Below, in pieces: positions 26,162-38,536 of a DNA stretch of 64,000 bases (the stretch's first letter is position 1; every line of letters begins with the position of its first letter). The notes below the pieces were generated by a model. It did not search any database. It had not been told where the DNA came from and saw only the letters and a program-made list of their open reading frames with translations. Origin of the DNA: Utricularia gibba. Taxonomy: Eukaryota; Plantae; Magnoliophyta. Where the stretch lies: NCBI GenBank assembly GCA_002189035.1, contig NEEC01000023.1:124001-188000 (forward strand), given 5' to 3'. The position numbers and the translations under genes are program-made.

Positions 26162-29100
26162 TCACAACCAATCCATGTAATAAATGCCTTCATAGGAACC
26201 AAGCCAAACACCCCACTCATGCCTCTCCCAGTAGCAACAAGGTCTCCATTCTTCTTGCCCATGGGCTGCTTTTCCTGCAGTTTGATAGAAATGAGGTTCA
26301 AGTTGCAGGGAAGCCATGGAAATGAACATGGTACCTTCTAATCTTGGCCAGCAAACAGCTGAGGCAACTGCATCCATTAACCTCTTGTTGAAGAGCAATT
26401 CACCTGACTTGATATCCCAGAGACGCACATGGAAATCCTCTCCTCCTGGAGAATTTCTATCAGTATCCATCCAAATCACTTTCAATCATCAACTTGGAGG
26501 AAGAGGGAAAAGCCCCACCTGATAACACTACTTTCTCTGAGGGATCAACTCCCAGATTGATCCTTGTATGTGAATTTACATTCCCATCGTAGGATTGAAC
26601 TGGTCCTCGTTTCGTCAGGCGATGATCGTAGAGTCTTATCTGCGGAAACATGGGGTTTTCATGAGACATGATTTTTGAAAAAGTTCATTAACATTGTGGT
26701 AAGGTTGGTTACCGTTCCATCCATGGAACTAGCCAGGAAGTATTGATCCCATTGGGTAAGTGATGACAAACTAGAATTAGATGGAAAGCCAATTAGAGTA
26801 GAAAAAGAAGTAGCAGCTGGCCAAGATGGAGCAAAAAACAATCAAGTGACAGATAAAAAAATTAACCAGTAAAAAGTTACTAACCAACAAACAGAAGAAG
26901 GCATCGCAGAAATTGAGGAATACTTGCTACTTACCTGCAGAAGATATGGGCAAGATTTTAGTTCTTACTAATTATGTTAACTTGATGCAGGTGGCATGAA
27001 TTCACATAACTTGCGAACAAGATGGCATACAACAGATGCACATAAGAAACTTTTAAAATGTAGGAAAATGCATCAAATATCAAATAAAATGCCACCCCTG
27101 ATTGTAAATGGCGTACTGCAGAGCACCCTTGAGTAGTTTAGCAGTGAAGGGCATGAAGGAAGAATAACAGACTAAAACATTGAAGAAAAAGGTAGACAGA
27201 AACCATATAACTCAACTACCCAAAAAAAAAAAAAAAAAAACGCACACACACACACACACAGGTTGTGTAACTCAGAAAAATGCAGCTGGAACACGCCATA
27301 TCATAGTAATGAACCAAGAATCAAAATCAAATTTTAACAATATTCACCAATACATCAACAAAGAGAATATAATAAAAGAGGTTCCGTGTTACAACAGAAC
27401 CAATCAGGTCAACTTTTTTGGAAGGAACCCTAACACATCACCAGACACTTCCATGCAGGATGGTCTATATAAAAAAGGGATGTAATCCAATAAACACCAC
27501 ACAGCATCATGTGATGTTCAGGACATGCATGATAGCAGATATACAGACAAGTGGCATACAGCATTGGGACTTACTTGTTTCCTTCGTGGGTCAAGACTCA
27601 GAATCGATCCATTTCTCAGACCAGAAAGAACTCTTCCCTGAAACAAGAGATTCTCTACCATGATTTATTCCGAGGATAAAAAGAATAAGAAGAACATTAA
27701 AAAAACCACGCATAGGAGCAAGTCACACACGCATATGATTATGATATCATATACGCACTGCTGCCAAATAAAATGGTCCACACAAACATGAAGTTTTTCT
27801 ATCTCACCGATGCATCATACTGCACAGATAACACATCACTTTTGCTCCGAAGTACCCATGAGTTATTCCTAGTTTCAGTATCAAGTCTCAATACTCCTCT
27901 GTTGGTTCCTACACACAAAATAAGCATAAGACCAAAGATAATGGATATTCTGACTAAAAATTGCGAAATGCAGGTTTTCTATGAACCGAAAGAAACAAAA
28001 GTTGTCAAGTGCAGTTTTTGAATAAATGACTTAGCATAATAATGCAAGAACCTAATCTTCAACCATTCTGAAAAAATGGAATCTTGTGAGGTTTTTGAAG
28101 ATAAGGCATCATACTATGATGAAGCGACATCATATAGAAAAAACATGCTATGGCTTGAAAAGCCATCAGCAACAAACAAATAAATACATTTGAAAAAAGA
28201 AAAAAAAACTAAAGAACTTGCCAATTGAAATATTCTTTCCAGCATTGTCAGAGTCAACTGTCCAAAGCGTCTGTTTGTACCTGGAAAGACAACAAAGTCC
28301 TTCCCACGGATTTTCGTTAAAATCCAAAGCGTTATTCAGGTTCAGAACCCAAACAGATCCTGGATCACTCTCTGCTCCCATTGTGGTTATGCTGTTTCCC
28401 TTGTTAAAGCTTTTCAAATATATTGAACACAAAAAAACTACTAGTATCTTTAAAGTGCATACTGTAAGTACACATGTGCCTGAAAAAGAAGTGCTTTTTC
28501 TTTCTGGAAAGAAAATCTTAAAAAGGATACAAGAAATTTCCTGATGTAGTATCAGCAAGCAAAGAACCCGCCCTCACCTTTACTATACTAGATACTTCAG
28601 ATGGCAATGTTGTCACAGCGCTATATGTTGCACCACGTTGTGCTTCATAGGCAGGAAGCACAGGATATAGAAAGTGCATTTGTTCTGAATTTTTTTCATT
28701 TTGGGGCTTTTGAACTTGGCGGAGACTAAAACATAGCAGATAAATAGAATATTAGCATTCAAAAAAGCAAGCTGGAAACCTTAAAAAAAGCAGTACAACT
28801 GCATCAGGCTTTAGCAATCGCTTAAACCACTATTATACAAACTGAATTTTTTAGAAAGTTTAATAATTGTGCAACTGTGGAAAAGATAATAAAATCACAT
28901 GCGGACGTAAATGTCCATTACAAATTCCAAGTTTTTCTGATGAAAGATTTTTGCAACTCAAATTTTGGAAGCACAGAAAGTATACACGTGTAATTTCCAT
29001 TCATACTCAACTCAATTGCTTAATTTAAGCTTTTTTCACACAAGGCTAATCATACATACGATCCGTGCTCTGATTAATCTATTCTGGACAGCCAGACGTC

Positions 29101-30370
29101 ATATAAACCAACACCATTTATTCATGACAAATTGGATATCACGAATTACGTATTTTAGCCTAAGACGGCAAACCTTAAAATTGGTGTAAAACCTCCTGAG
29201 GGTACAAGACATGGCTTTAAAATGTGACTGCTAGTTAGCACTAATTTCCCTCAAGGAATCAACATTATTTAAATGCAAATCTTAGGAATAAAAACTTGCC
29301 TTAAAAGACCACCAACACCAGCGCTTAACAAGATATTTGCCTCCCTTGATCCTTCAGGCACATCTACATTAGCAACAATGTGTTCAAGGGCAACGTTCCC
29401 AATCTTTTCGGTTTCTGTACATTTCAGTATCTGGAATTTTTACAGAAATAAACTGTAAAACTAAACTCCAACGTGAATTGCATTTGATCATCAAAATTTC
29501 TACAGATCAGATGTTGCATCGCCCAGTTATCAAAACTTTAGTACAAAATTTTCCGACAGCCAAGCTCAAAAGAATGCATGCATCCACATTGGAAAAATGA
29601 TTTTTGAAGAGACAAACTAACATCCGATTTAAAATGATTAGCTCCTAAAAAAATTGAAAAAGCAATTTCTTCGCATACAGCAAGCCATAGTTATTATAAA
29701 CTACTATCAAATGTAATGAACTATTCATTGAGGCTGCGGAAAAAAAACTCACCACAGGCTTCATGGCACGTTTCTTTTTACATTCGTTTTGAAAACTCAA
29801 CTTGCGTCTATGGGAAAGTATTACATTCCCACACAACTCCCTGGCATAAAGAAGTCTCTGCCGAATACTTATACGTCCAGGTACGCTGGCCTCCTGATAT
29901 TTGTAATAAAAGAAATCAAGAAAACAAAAAAGACAAGTCAAATAAATAGGAAGCGATTTAATAAGCATGAGGAAACTGATGAATTTCATGAGGCCCTGCT
30001 TAAAAAGTGAATCTTGGAAAGCGTCAGGCATGCCCAATTCAATCAACTTCCCCCTCAACAATTACATACACTACAGGTACGCGAAATCACATTTTCCTAT
30101 CCACCCTCAATAGGCCACATAGAATTTGCGTCATATGATGAAAATTTACAGGACAAAAAACATAGCTGAAGACGGCGAACCTCTTTGGGATCCGGGGGAG
30201 GTGAAACTACAGGACGAGAAGCAGCGTGAGGGCGTTTACATGGAAAGTACCTATTCTTCTTAGCGTCATAGTAAAATCCCGGGAGCTCTGCAAACCAAAA
30301 AAACTCTCACCAGTCTCATCACACATACATGAGCAAGCAGTACAGATTAACGAAGCAGACCTTTAGCCAT
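26162..30370 (-). CDS. WD40 protein, DDB1- and CUL4-associated factor 4 (DCAF4/WDR21)-like
   Basis: 10-nt first exon ATGGCTAAAG, then ELPGFYYDAKKNRYFP; ITTMG..GSVWVLNL; RLYDHRL; SHTRINLGVDPSE; GGEDFHVRLWDIKSGELLF. Confidence 0.85.
28392..28530 (-). other. U12-type GT-AG intron in the DCAF4-like gene
   Basis: Minus-strand 5' splice site GTATCCTT at 28530; branch-like GCTTTAAC with the branch A about 12 nt before the AG. Removal joins TSGNFF to ITTMG in frame. Confidence 0.8.
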
Positions 30371-31983
30371 AACCCAGTCCTATACTCTAATAGGAAACAA
30401 AATCTCAAATCCCCCGGCAACACCGGCGTCTTATAGTCCCCCAGGGAAGAAGAAAGTACTTGGAGGGGAAGGAAGGATTCCAAATTCTGTTCCCCAATTC
30501 AAAAAAAAAAAAAAAAAAAAAAACACCAAGAGACACTGGAAATTAAGTTGGGCCGGCCCAACTCATCTCTTGTGAGATGTGGGATGATCGACCGGCCCAT
30601 CAAATCAACGTATCCGGTTCAGGTAAACAAGCTTTATCAGTAAAAAGAGCAGTGGAACTTCTGGAAATACGGAATTTGGTCTGATGCAACCTGTGTTGTC
30701 GGCGTGTCCGCCGCCCATTAATGATCCAGGGGACACGTGAAGGGACACCGGTACAGGAACCGCGTGGACACCGCGGGTGCCATATGAATCCGGGTCTTGG
30801 TTTGCGATCCACATTCATCACAGATCGTGGCCTTCTCTGCTCCTCTTTGTTCCCTCCAGTTTGGTACTATAACAGAGTCTGTTACAGCCCCCAACCCATC
30901 CCTGTTCCTTGTCATTACGCCACCAAACTGGAGGTGAGGTTTGTTCCATCATTTCATTCTGGAGTTGTCATCTTCGGCACTCTTCCCCTTGGGCTGCTCA
31001 GGCAGATATCTGTTTATGTCATGGAATAAAGTTTGGAATAAGGAGGAGTGCTGTGGAGCTGGTTAGTGGGCATGTTGTTTTCCTTGAGTTTGTCTCTTGG
31101 TTGCCGTCTACCATCACAGATGACTACGACCAAACTCTACCTGGTTTGGTTGCTGTAGTGGACCACAGGTGCACATCATTAGGCATTTGTATGATTTCAA
31201 AATCCCGTAATCTTATGATATGTGTGGGGTAAAAAATTTGAATGATTACATTTGTAGATGATCCTTAGAGTATGTATGTGTTTTTTATAATTAAGTTTAT
31301 TATTAGAACAATGTATCGAGAAATAATAATAAAATAATTAAATATATAAGAAATTATAAATTATTATTAATCGAATGAATTTAATTATTTTTAATATGAT
31401 TTACGTTTTTGTGTATTTAATTTTATATGTATATGCTCACTCGATCCATTAAATTTTATTTAACATAAATAGTATCAAAACGTTTGCCTCATAGTATGGT
31501 TTAGATGATCAAAATAAATTTCATGTTGATTTAAGTTTCAATAACAAAAAAACAAAGAAATGCATGATATTAGACGACAAAAATTATATTCATCTATGAT
31601 ACAATCAGTAACTACAATCATACAAAGAAAATAAATCTTAATTGAGTTGAAGATCAGTTTCAATTGAAAGTGAATAATTATATATATAGTAAATTTCAGA
31701 TTGTTATAAATCAATTGAATATAATTTTTTATATATTTGAATTTCATGTATATATTTATCAAATCCATCAAATACTTCTGGTTTAATGTTTCTAAGTCAA
31801 AATATTTTGATATGATATTGAGATTAAAAATTTGATATATCGTCCAATATTAAATTATGTTTAAAAAAATTAAATTCAATTCATTACTATTTATTCATAA
31901 TATATTCAAATTGTTTACATTTGATGAACAACAAGACCCATATTGAATGAAACGAGACGTTGGGATTGATCGCGATAATGAAG

Positions 31984-33813
31984 TCAAATGCGTCGTCTGG
32001 ACAACTTGACCTTTAATCCATTCTTAGCCTGCAGAATAATGGAGTCACGTGGCGCAACCACATCCCCGTCGACGAGCTCCACCGCGAAGTGAAATATGAC
32101 GGTCGCCGCCACCATTTTCATCTGAACGTACGCCATGTCTTTCCCCAGACAAGTCCTCGGGCCGGCGTTGAACGCCGGAAACTTGTACGACGGCTCGTGT
32201 TTGAAGGACCCCGACGGCGAGATCCATCTCTCCGGCCTGAACTCCGCCCAGTCCTTACCCCAAATCCACTCCATTCTTCCCGCGGAATAGAAGGAGAAAA
32301 TAATCTTCGTGTTCTTCTCGACATGGAGCCCGCTGGGGAGAGTGTCCGGGATCAGTGGGGATTTGTGTTCCAGTGCCACCGGCGGGAATAACCGGAGAGA
32401 TTCCGATAAGGCGCCGTGGAGATACACCAGCCGCCGTGACTCCTCCACCGTGAAGAACCGCCATTCCTCACCTGGTTTCAGTTCCAAAACCTGTTTGTTT
32501 TTTTTTTTTTTTTAAATTAGAAAAATCCAAAAAGAAAAATAATGTCTTAACCATATTCAAAAATAAAATATTTTCTAGCTATCAAATCAACTCTACCAAT
32601 ATATTATATTTAATATTCCATAAATTTAATATAATTCAATCACCTGTTTATTTAAAAAAATACAAAAAAGAGGGGCCATTCTGGCGTCCATTACACGTGA
32701 AACAATAATGGTTATGACTATCTGGATATTTTTAAGATTCGAATTAATTGTTTTATTAAGTTAAAATTTAATAATAGAATTTTAAACATAGAAAATGGGA
32801 AATTAAAAAAATAGTACCTTTTCGAGTTCTTGAAGAATCTTTTTTTCGGCAGTAGGATTTTTTCCGATGAGCCAAAAGAGCCAGGTGAGGCATGTGCTTG
32901 TAGTGTCCCTGCCGGCGAACAGTAAATTCAGGGAAGTATCCCTTAGAAACTCCTTCAACCGTCCCTCCGATCCGAAATCCCGGCCCTTTTCCTGGTACGC
33001 CGCCGTGAAGCTGCGGAGCAGCCGCTGAGGATTGTCCTCTTCTCCGACTGCCGGATAGAGAAAATCGTCGAACGCCTTCCACGCGGCAGACAGCCGCCGC
33101 TCTTTCCCGATGCCCAACAGCTTCATCGCCTTCCATATCTTCTCTGGTAACAGATGCCGGTACAGCAGGGCTTCTATCACGTCGTTGAAGGCCTTCTCAC
33201 TGGGAACCTCCGGTAACTCTAGTGACAGGCTCTGAGGGTCGAAATCCAGGACGAGGGTGGATATACTGTCGAAGGTGAACCTCTGGAGAATATTCTGTAG
33301 ATCGAACTCCGCTCCCTGATCATGGAACCGGTGGAGAACCGGCAGCAGCCCGTTTTCGACCTTCCCCCAGACGGATTTCTCAAGGGAGCGACTGAATCCG
33401 TCGTTGGTAAAGAACCCCATGGTCGTTTTCCGATGAACTTCCCATAATTCGAAGTCGGCATTGAAAATCCCATCTCCGAGAATCTCGAAAATCTCCTTGA
33501 ACTGCTTCCCTTTGGGGTAATTCGAGAAGTTCTTGCTGAAAACATGGTGGATGTTGGCAGGATCGCTTGTTAATACCATGTCCATGTTGCAGAGCCACGG
33601 CCCCTTGAATAAGAAGGTGCCGTTGCATTCTTTCAGTACCTCGGTGACGAACTCATGGATGCGGTGAGAGTTTTGGAGCAGTCCGGGGAGCATCCCGACG
33701 ACGGGGAAGTTCGTCGGCGCCGCCGTGTGGCTGCCCCGTCGTCGGAAGTAGAATAACAGTGTCACGGCGGAGATGAAGAGGATGAAAACCTCGAGATAAA
33801 CGAAGATCGCCAT
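31984..33813 (-). CDS. CYP96A: Cytochrome P450, CYP86 clan, CYP96A/MAH1 alkane-hydroxylase-like, 500 aa, one intron (32491-32817)
   Basis: PTNFPVVGMLP, TSDPANIHH..SKNFSNYPKG, AGRDT I-helix, ESLRLFPP (ExxR), FRPERW, FNAGPRTCLGK heme loop. Confidence 0.88.
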
Positions 33814-36800
33814 TGAAGAAGTTCCAAATCTTTGCCTTTTCGTGAAGGTTTATAAAAGAAAAGGTTTATAAAAGAAAAGGAAAGCACGTCACCGACTCAC
33901 CCCCGGCGCGTTTCAATTGAACTCTGATTGGTCCAAATAATTATTCCTAAAAATATTTTCAACATTTATTATATAAAATTATGTTTATTTAATTCTTGAC
34001 AAAAATTAATATTCATTTAAATTTTAAATGATGAGTAAAAAAACGTGAAAATAGGGGATGCTTTCGCGTGCCTCACATGTCCCTTGCTATCCTAAGTAAA
34101 TTGTCTTGTCCGTGTATTTGTTACCAAAGAACGATGTTTTCCATCATGTCTTGTCGGTATATTTCTGAATTTATTTAAATTCAGAAAATAAGTATTCTAT
34201 AATATATAATCCTCATCAAATCTCTATCAACCAAAACACTAGTAACCAACAAGAACCAATTAGTGGAGTCCTAATTGATGCTTCCGTACCAACATAATAT
34301 TTATTACAAACATCCTCATCACTTTTTTTTTTTTTTTTACCTCAGATATCTCTTCTTTTTATATAGTATTATCAAGATACGCCTTCTGGATAAGGTTTGG
34401 CTGAGTTGTACCGCAGGGATAATTGATAGAATACTCTAGTGAGATTGTGTGGTGGCTTTCATTCATATAAAAATAAATTTATTAACATTATATACAATAT
34501 CGCAATATGATAGTAAATAGTTAGAATTCAAGGGTATTAATGTAATTTACTAACAGAAATAAAGTATATAGTTGATATTATATATATATATATGTATGTA
34601 TGTATAGTATTTCTAAATATTTGTATTATGATAATTTTTACCACCCTACCAAACATATACTCAATGTTCTAAATTTATAAATTTGATTCATTGTTAGAAC
34701 ATACTTTCTATCTCTCTCATACATCAATATAAAAAAAAATTACTTAATTTTTTCACATATATTAAAATAATGACAAGGTTTATAATTGATTCCTATCTTG
34801 TTCAAGTTTAAGAATAGAAGGAAAGGGACCATTTAGAAAATTGGACATCATGTCTTTCTCTCTTACTCATTATGATCCATTTTTTACATATGTGGCATCC
34901 AATTTTCTCATACACAAAAAAAGGTGACCACTTTTCTAATACATATGGTTGATAACTTGTCATTGGATGCTAATGGGAAAAATTCTATAATTATTAATTA
35001 ATAAGACTTTTATTTTATTTTATTTGGACACATGACCCCAAATTGCTCCTCATGGAAATGCTTCCCATTGTTTATTTTTTTTTCCAACTTTATTTTTAAG
35101 GAAACTTCATCCACATATCATACTAATTAGTTATTATGTACCTTTCAAAACACTTTTATGTCTGTTTTCTTTTTTTTGTCTAATTTTTTAATAATTTATA
35201 ATTATAATTGTATTTTAAAGCTCAAAAATTAAAAAAAGGTGAGAATTTTTCAAAAGATTTGATTAATTAGGTGGATTTGATTAATACTATATCGAAAAGA
35301 TTTTTCATCCAATTATTAATTATGTGTAATTATATTATATATAAATCTATTATAAATATAAATAAATAATCATTACTTAAATAACGGTTCTATCACATTG
35401 TTTACGTATTAAACGAATACGTGTTTTATATAAAGGATTTTATATTTAAAACGGAAAATATGTAAAATAGAAGTTGATTGGCTGGAATAAATTTGGAAAA
35501 CGGTTATTTGTTATGGGCATATCAAGAGCCGTACCCGACACCGCCAATTTCTCATAATAATAATAATAATAATTGTTTATTTACAAGTTGAGCGTGTTTC
35601 GATTTTTAATACCATCAAAAAGATGATTTCTTTATTATTATTTTTTTATTGGTCGGGTGGGGCCCGTGTCCAATATTTTTTTAAAAAAGTCTCATTTAAT
35701 TAAATCGTCGAATGAGACTTGCCACTGCAACGTTTCTTTCCTAAATTGCCCATTCAAAAGCTACGAAAAAAACCAGAATCCTATTTCACCGAATCGAGAC
35801 GATGAAAATAATAATTTGAGAATAAAAAAATTCCGTAATTATTGTTATATAATTTGAATTCTTATTTTGAGAATTATAATTTAAGGTGCCTGAAAATTTT
35901 CAAAATAATTCTTTTAAAAAATGTTGCACATGATTCAATTTGACTGGGGTCACAAATCCAATTGGGTCCTTCATAAAGGGGCTGCTTGTCTGGGCCCATT
36001 TGTCTTTTCTTTTCTTGTCCCCCTTGTCTTATTTAATAAGGTTTCAACATGGAGGAGACTTTTCCAAATCATCATCAATATCATATATATATCTTAGTTG
36101 AATCAAGGGTGATTAGGTGGTATTCTATAATATCCTAGTTAATCAAATAACGATTTATACATAAATTTGGAAATAAATCTTCTATAATATACATAGAGTA
36201 ACTTATATAAGTTAGACTTCAACTAATAATTTCTAAGCACATGATGCTTAAGTGTGAGAGGGCCCAATGGGCCAATGGGATGTTGGTAATTGTGGCCCAT
36301 TTATCAACTCGATGGATTATCAAGCCCATCTTCAAGTGCAATCCTATGAAAAGCCTTATACATTAAAAACATAAAATATGATTAAAATTTATAAGAATAA
36401 TAAAATTTGAACTTTTTTTTTTGTTCCTCCGAAATTGAATTTCAAGATCCATCCCTAGGTTTAGTAGACTCAAGACCACTATGGTTAATATCACCACTTA
36501 ATGCGATGATGTGTGCTTTGGATTTGGATGCCCCAAGACAATCCCAATCCATACCTTTATTTTCTGGAAGGTTTATTAGACATAAGTGATACTATTGCAT
36601 TTTACGACATATGATATTAATATATATATATATAATATGATCTATTTTCCTTGTATACTATGTTATGTATACGTCCCAACCAATATTGTAATATTTAATT
36701 ATTGAAAAAAAGGAAATTAAGTGAAAATTAATAACTCTAATACTTGGCTCAGTATCAGGTTGTTACAATCGAATTCACCTAGTCATGTGTAAGACTAGGT

Positions 36801-37258
36801 AATGATTGAATTGACCACGTTTTCTATAATTATGAAATCGGTTGTATCTCATCTTATTATTCAAGAAGGTTTTTACTTTCATAATGAAATCACTTGAATT
36901 CTGGGGTACCTAATCAATTAAGTGGTTATAAATACCTTTAGTACATTGAATTTCTAAATATGGAGTTTTTTTGTTATTTTCGATTTACATTTAAAATATA
37001 CTGGATAAAAATGCATAATATACATGATTTATATATTGTAGATTCTGTTTGAATCATTTATTGCTTACTAGTAGAATCAATCTGTGTGAGGTATTCTTGT
37101 CTTTACTTGTTTGGATTACAATGACCTACTACACATATACATCAATCCTAATACTTTATGTCAGTCCTTGTGATAGGAGCCGACTGGGGTGTGTTATGGT
37201 TACAGTTAGGGGGTGCTTTCATCCCAAGGCTGGACCTGGGAGTAGCCACCCAGCCCTA

Positions 37259-37290
37259 GCAGAAGCAGAAGCAGAAGCAGAAGCAGAAGC
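37259..37290 (+). repeat. (GCAGAA)n hexanucleotide microsatellite
   Basis: Five tandem GCAGAA/GCAG units just upstream of the candidate secreted-peptide ORF. Confidence 0.85.
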
Positions 37291-37328
37291 AGCAACAGGG
37301 TGCATGTCTTTCTCTATCTAGCATTGCG

Positions 37329-37634
37329 ATGGATGGCCTCCTCCTCCTCCTCCTCCTCATAATTGCAGCAGTGACCAGTGAAGGTAACTCACACCCAGAG
37401 AAGAGAAGACGAAGAAGAAGAAGATTGCACATGCTAAAAGGAGCACAAGCTCCTTCATTAATGGTGGGGGACATTTCTCGCACATGCTTTGCCATCCAAT
37501 CAAAACCCCCTTCTCTCCACAGTCCCCCATCCCACTTCAGTTACCTCCACCATCACACACCCAAATATGAGAGTGTAAGGAATGGTGGGACAAACCATAA
37601 CGATGATGCTGAGTTTCCAATATGGGTGGAATGA
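37329..37634 (+). CDS. Candidate small secreted peptide precursor (101 aa), weakly EPF/EPFL-like
   Basis: ATG-initiated ORF with signal-peptide-like MDGLLLLLLLIIAAVTSEG and a polybasic KRRRRRRR. Lies in a GC-balanced island within AT-rich DNA. The Leu run comes from a (CTC)n repeat, so it could be chance. Confidence 0.35.
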   Translation: MDGLLLLLLLIIAAVTSEGNSHPEKRRRRRRRLHMLKGAQAPSLMVGDISRTCFAIQSKPPSLHSPPSHFSYLHHHTPKYESVRNGGTNHNDDAEFPIWVE

Positions 37635-38536
37635 CCTGATCCAAGAAAGGGTATAAAAACCTTAGGTATCTCACATCATTACAGAATGATGATGCAAATC
37701 TTAGTTTAGGCCTTTTAGGATTTAGGGTATAACATAAAGTCGTGAGAATTAAGTGTCCAAAGTAGATAATATCATATTAATAAAATGTGGATCCTTATAC
37801 TCACATGCATAGTTTGCTTGTTTCATATGTTTTGTGTGGAAGTAATCTGTAGGTCATTAGCTTGTATTGTGCTCTCAAATTTCAGATTTCTTATACATAA
37901 AATCATCAAGATTGAAAATTAAAAATAGATAATATCATAAGTCTTGACATTTATATTTTCAATGTGGGAGTGGTGAAGTATCTACATGTGGAAAGATAGT
38001 GGTAATTAAACAAAACTTAGGATGTATCTCATAAGATTTGATTAATGATATACTTTAATTATTTATATTTTAAAAAAGACAATTTTAAAACATTGGTAAA
38101 AATCTTTTTTCCAAAAATGGAATAACTGAATCTGGGAGATCGAACGAGTGAATGTACTACTTTTGGAGCTGGAGCTACAGAGAGGGAGATCCGTACGCAT
38201 CTCCTGGTACGAGGAAAGAAGACGGAACAGACATTACAGACTACAAAATCTAGGCTTATTTCAGTAACTGAGACCCCATCCACACTCTAATCTCACGTTC
38301 CGTTGTTCCTGTCTGGGAACTAAACAGACGCACGCAGCAGAATCATATCAAGAAATCCTCTAGTTTTAGAACATAAATTCAGCTTCCTGAGGTCAATTTT
38401 CTCTGTGTCTTCACCTCATCAAAGTGATGAGGATCGTGGGCGCCCATGACTGAAAAAGGAGTGAGCTTTGTTAACCAAATGGTGGTCGATGATATGAAAT
38501 GGGTTACCTGTTGTTCTCTTGGGGAACAATGAATAA

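Noticed and set aside
30718-30915. Minus-strand ORF with CDECG...FLYRCP resembling a GRF zinc finger
   Set aside because: Lacks the NPGR core and the final Cys/FFxW; short and unsupported.
32045-33628. Overlapping ORFs in the CYP96A-like region
   Set aside because: Alternate-frame or antisense shadows of a GC-rich CDS.
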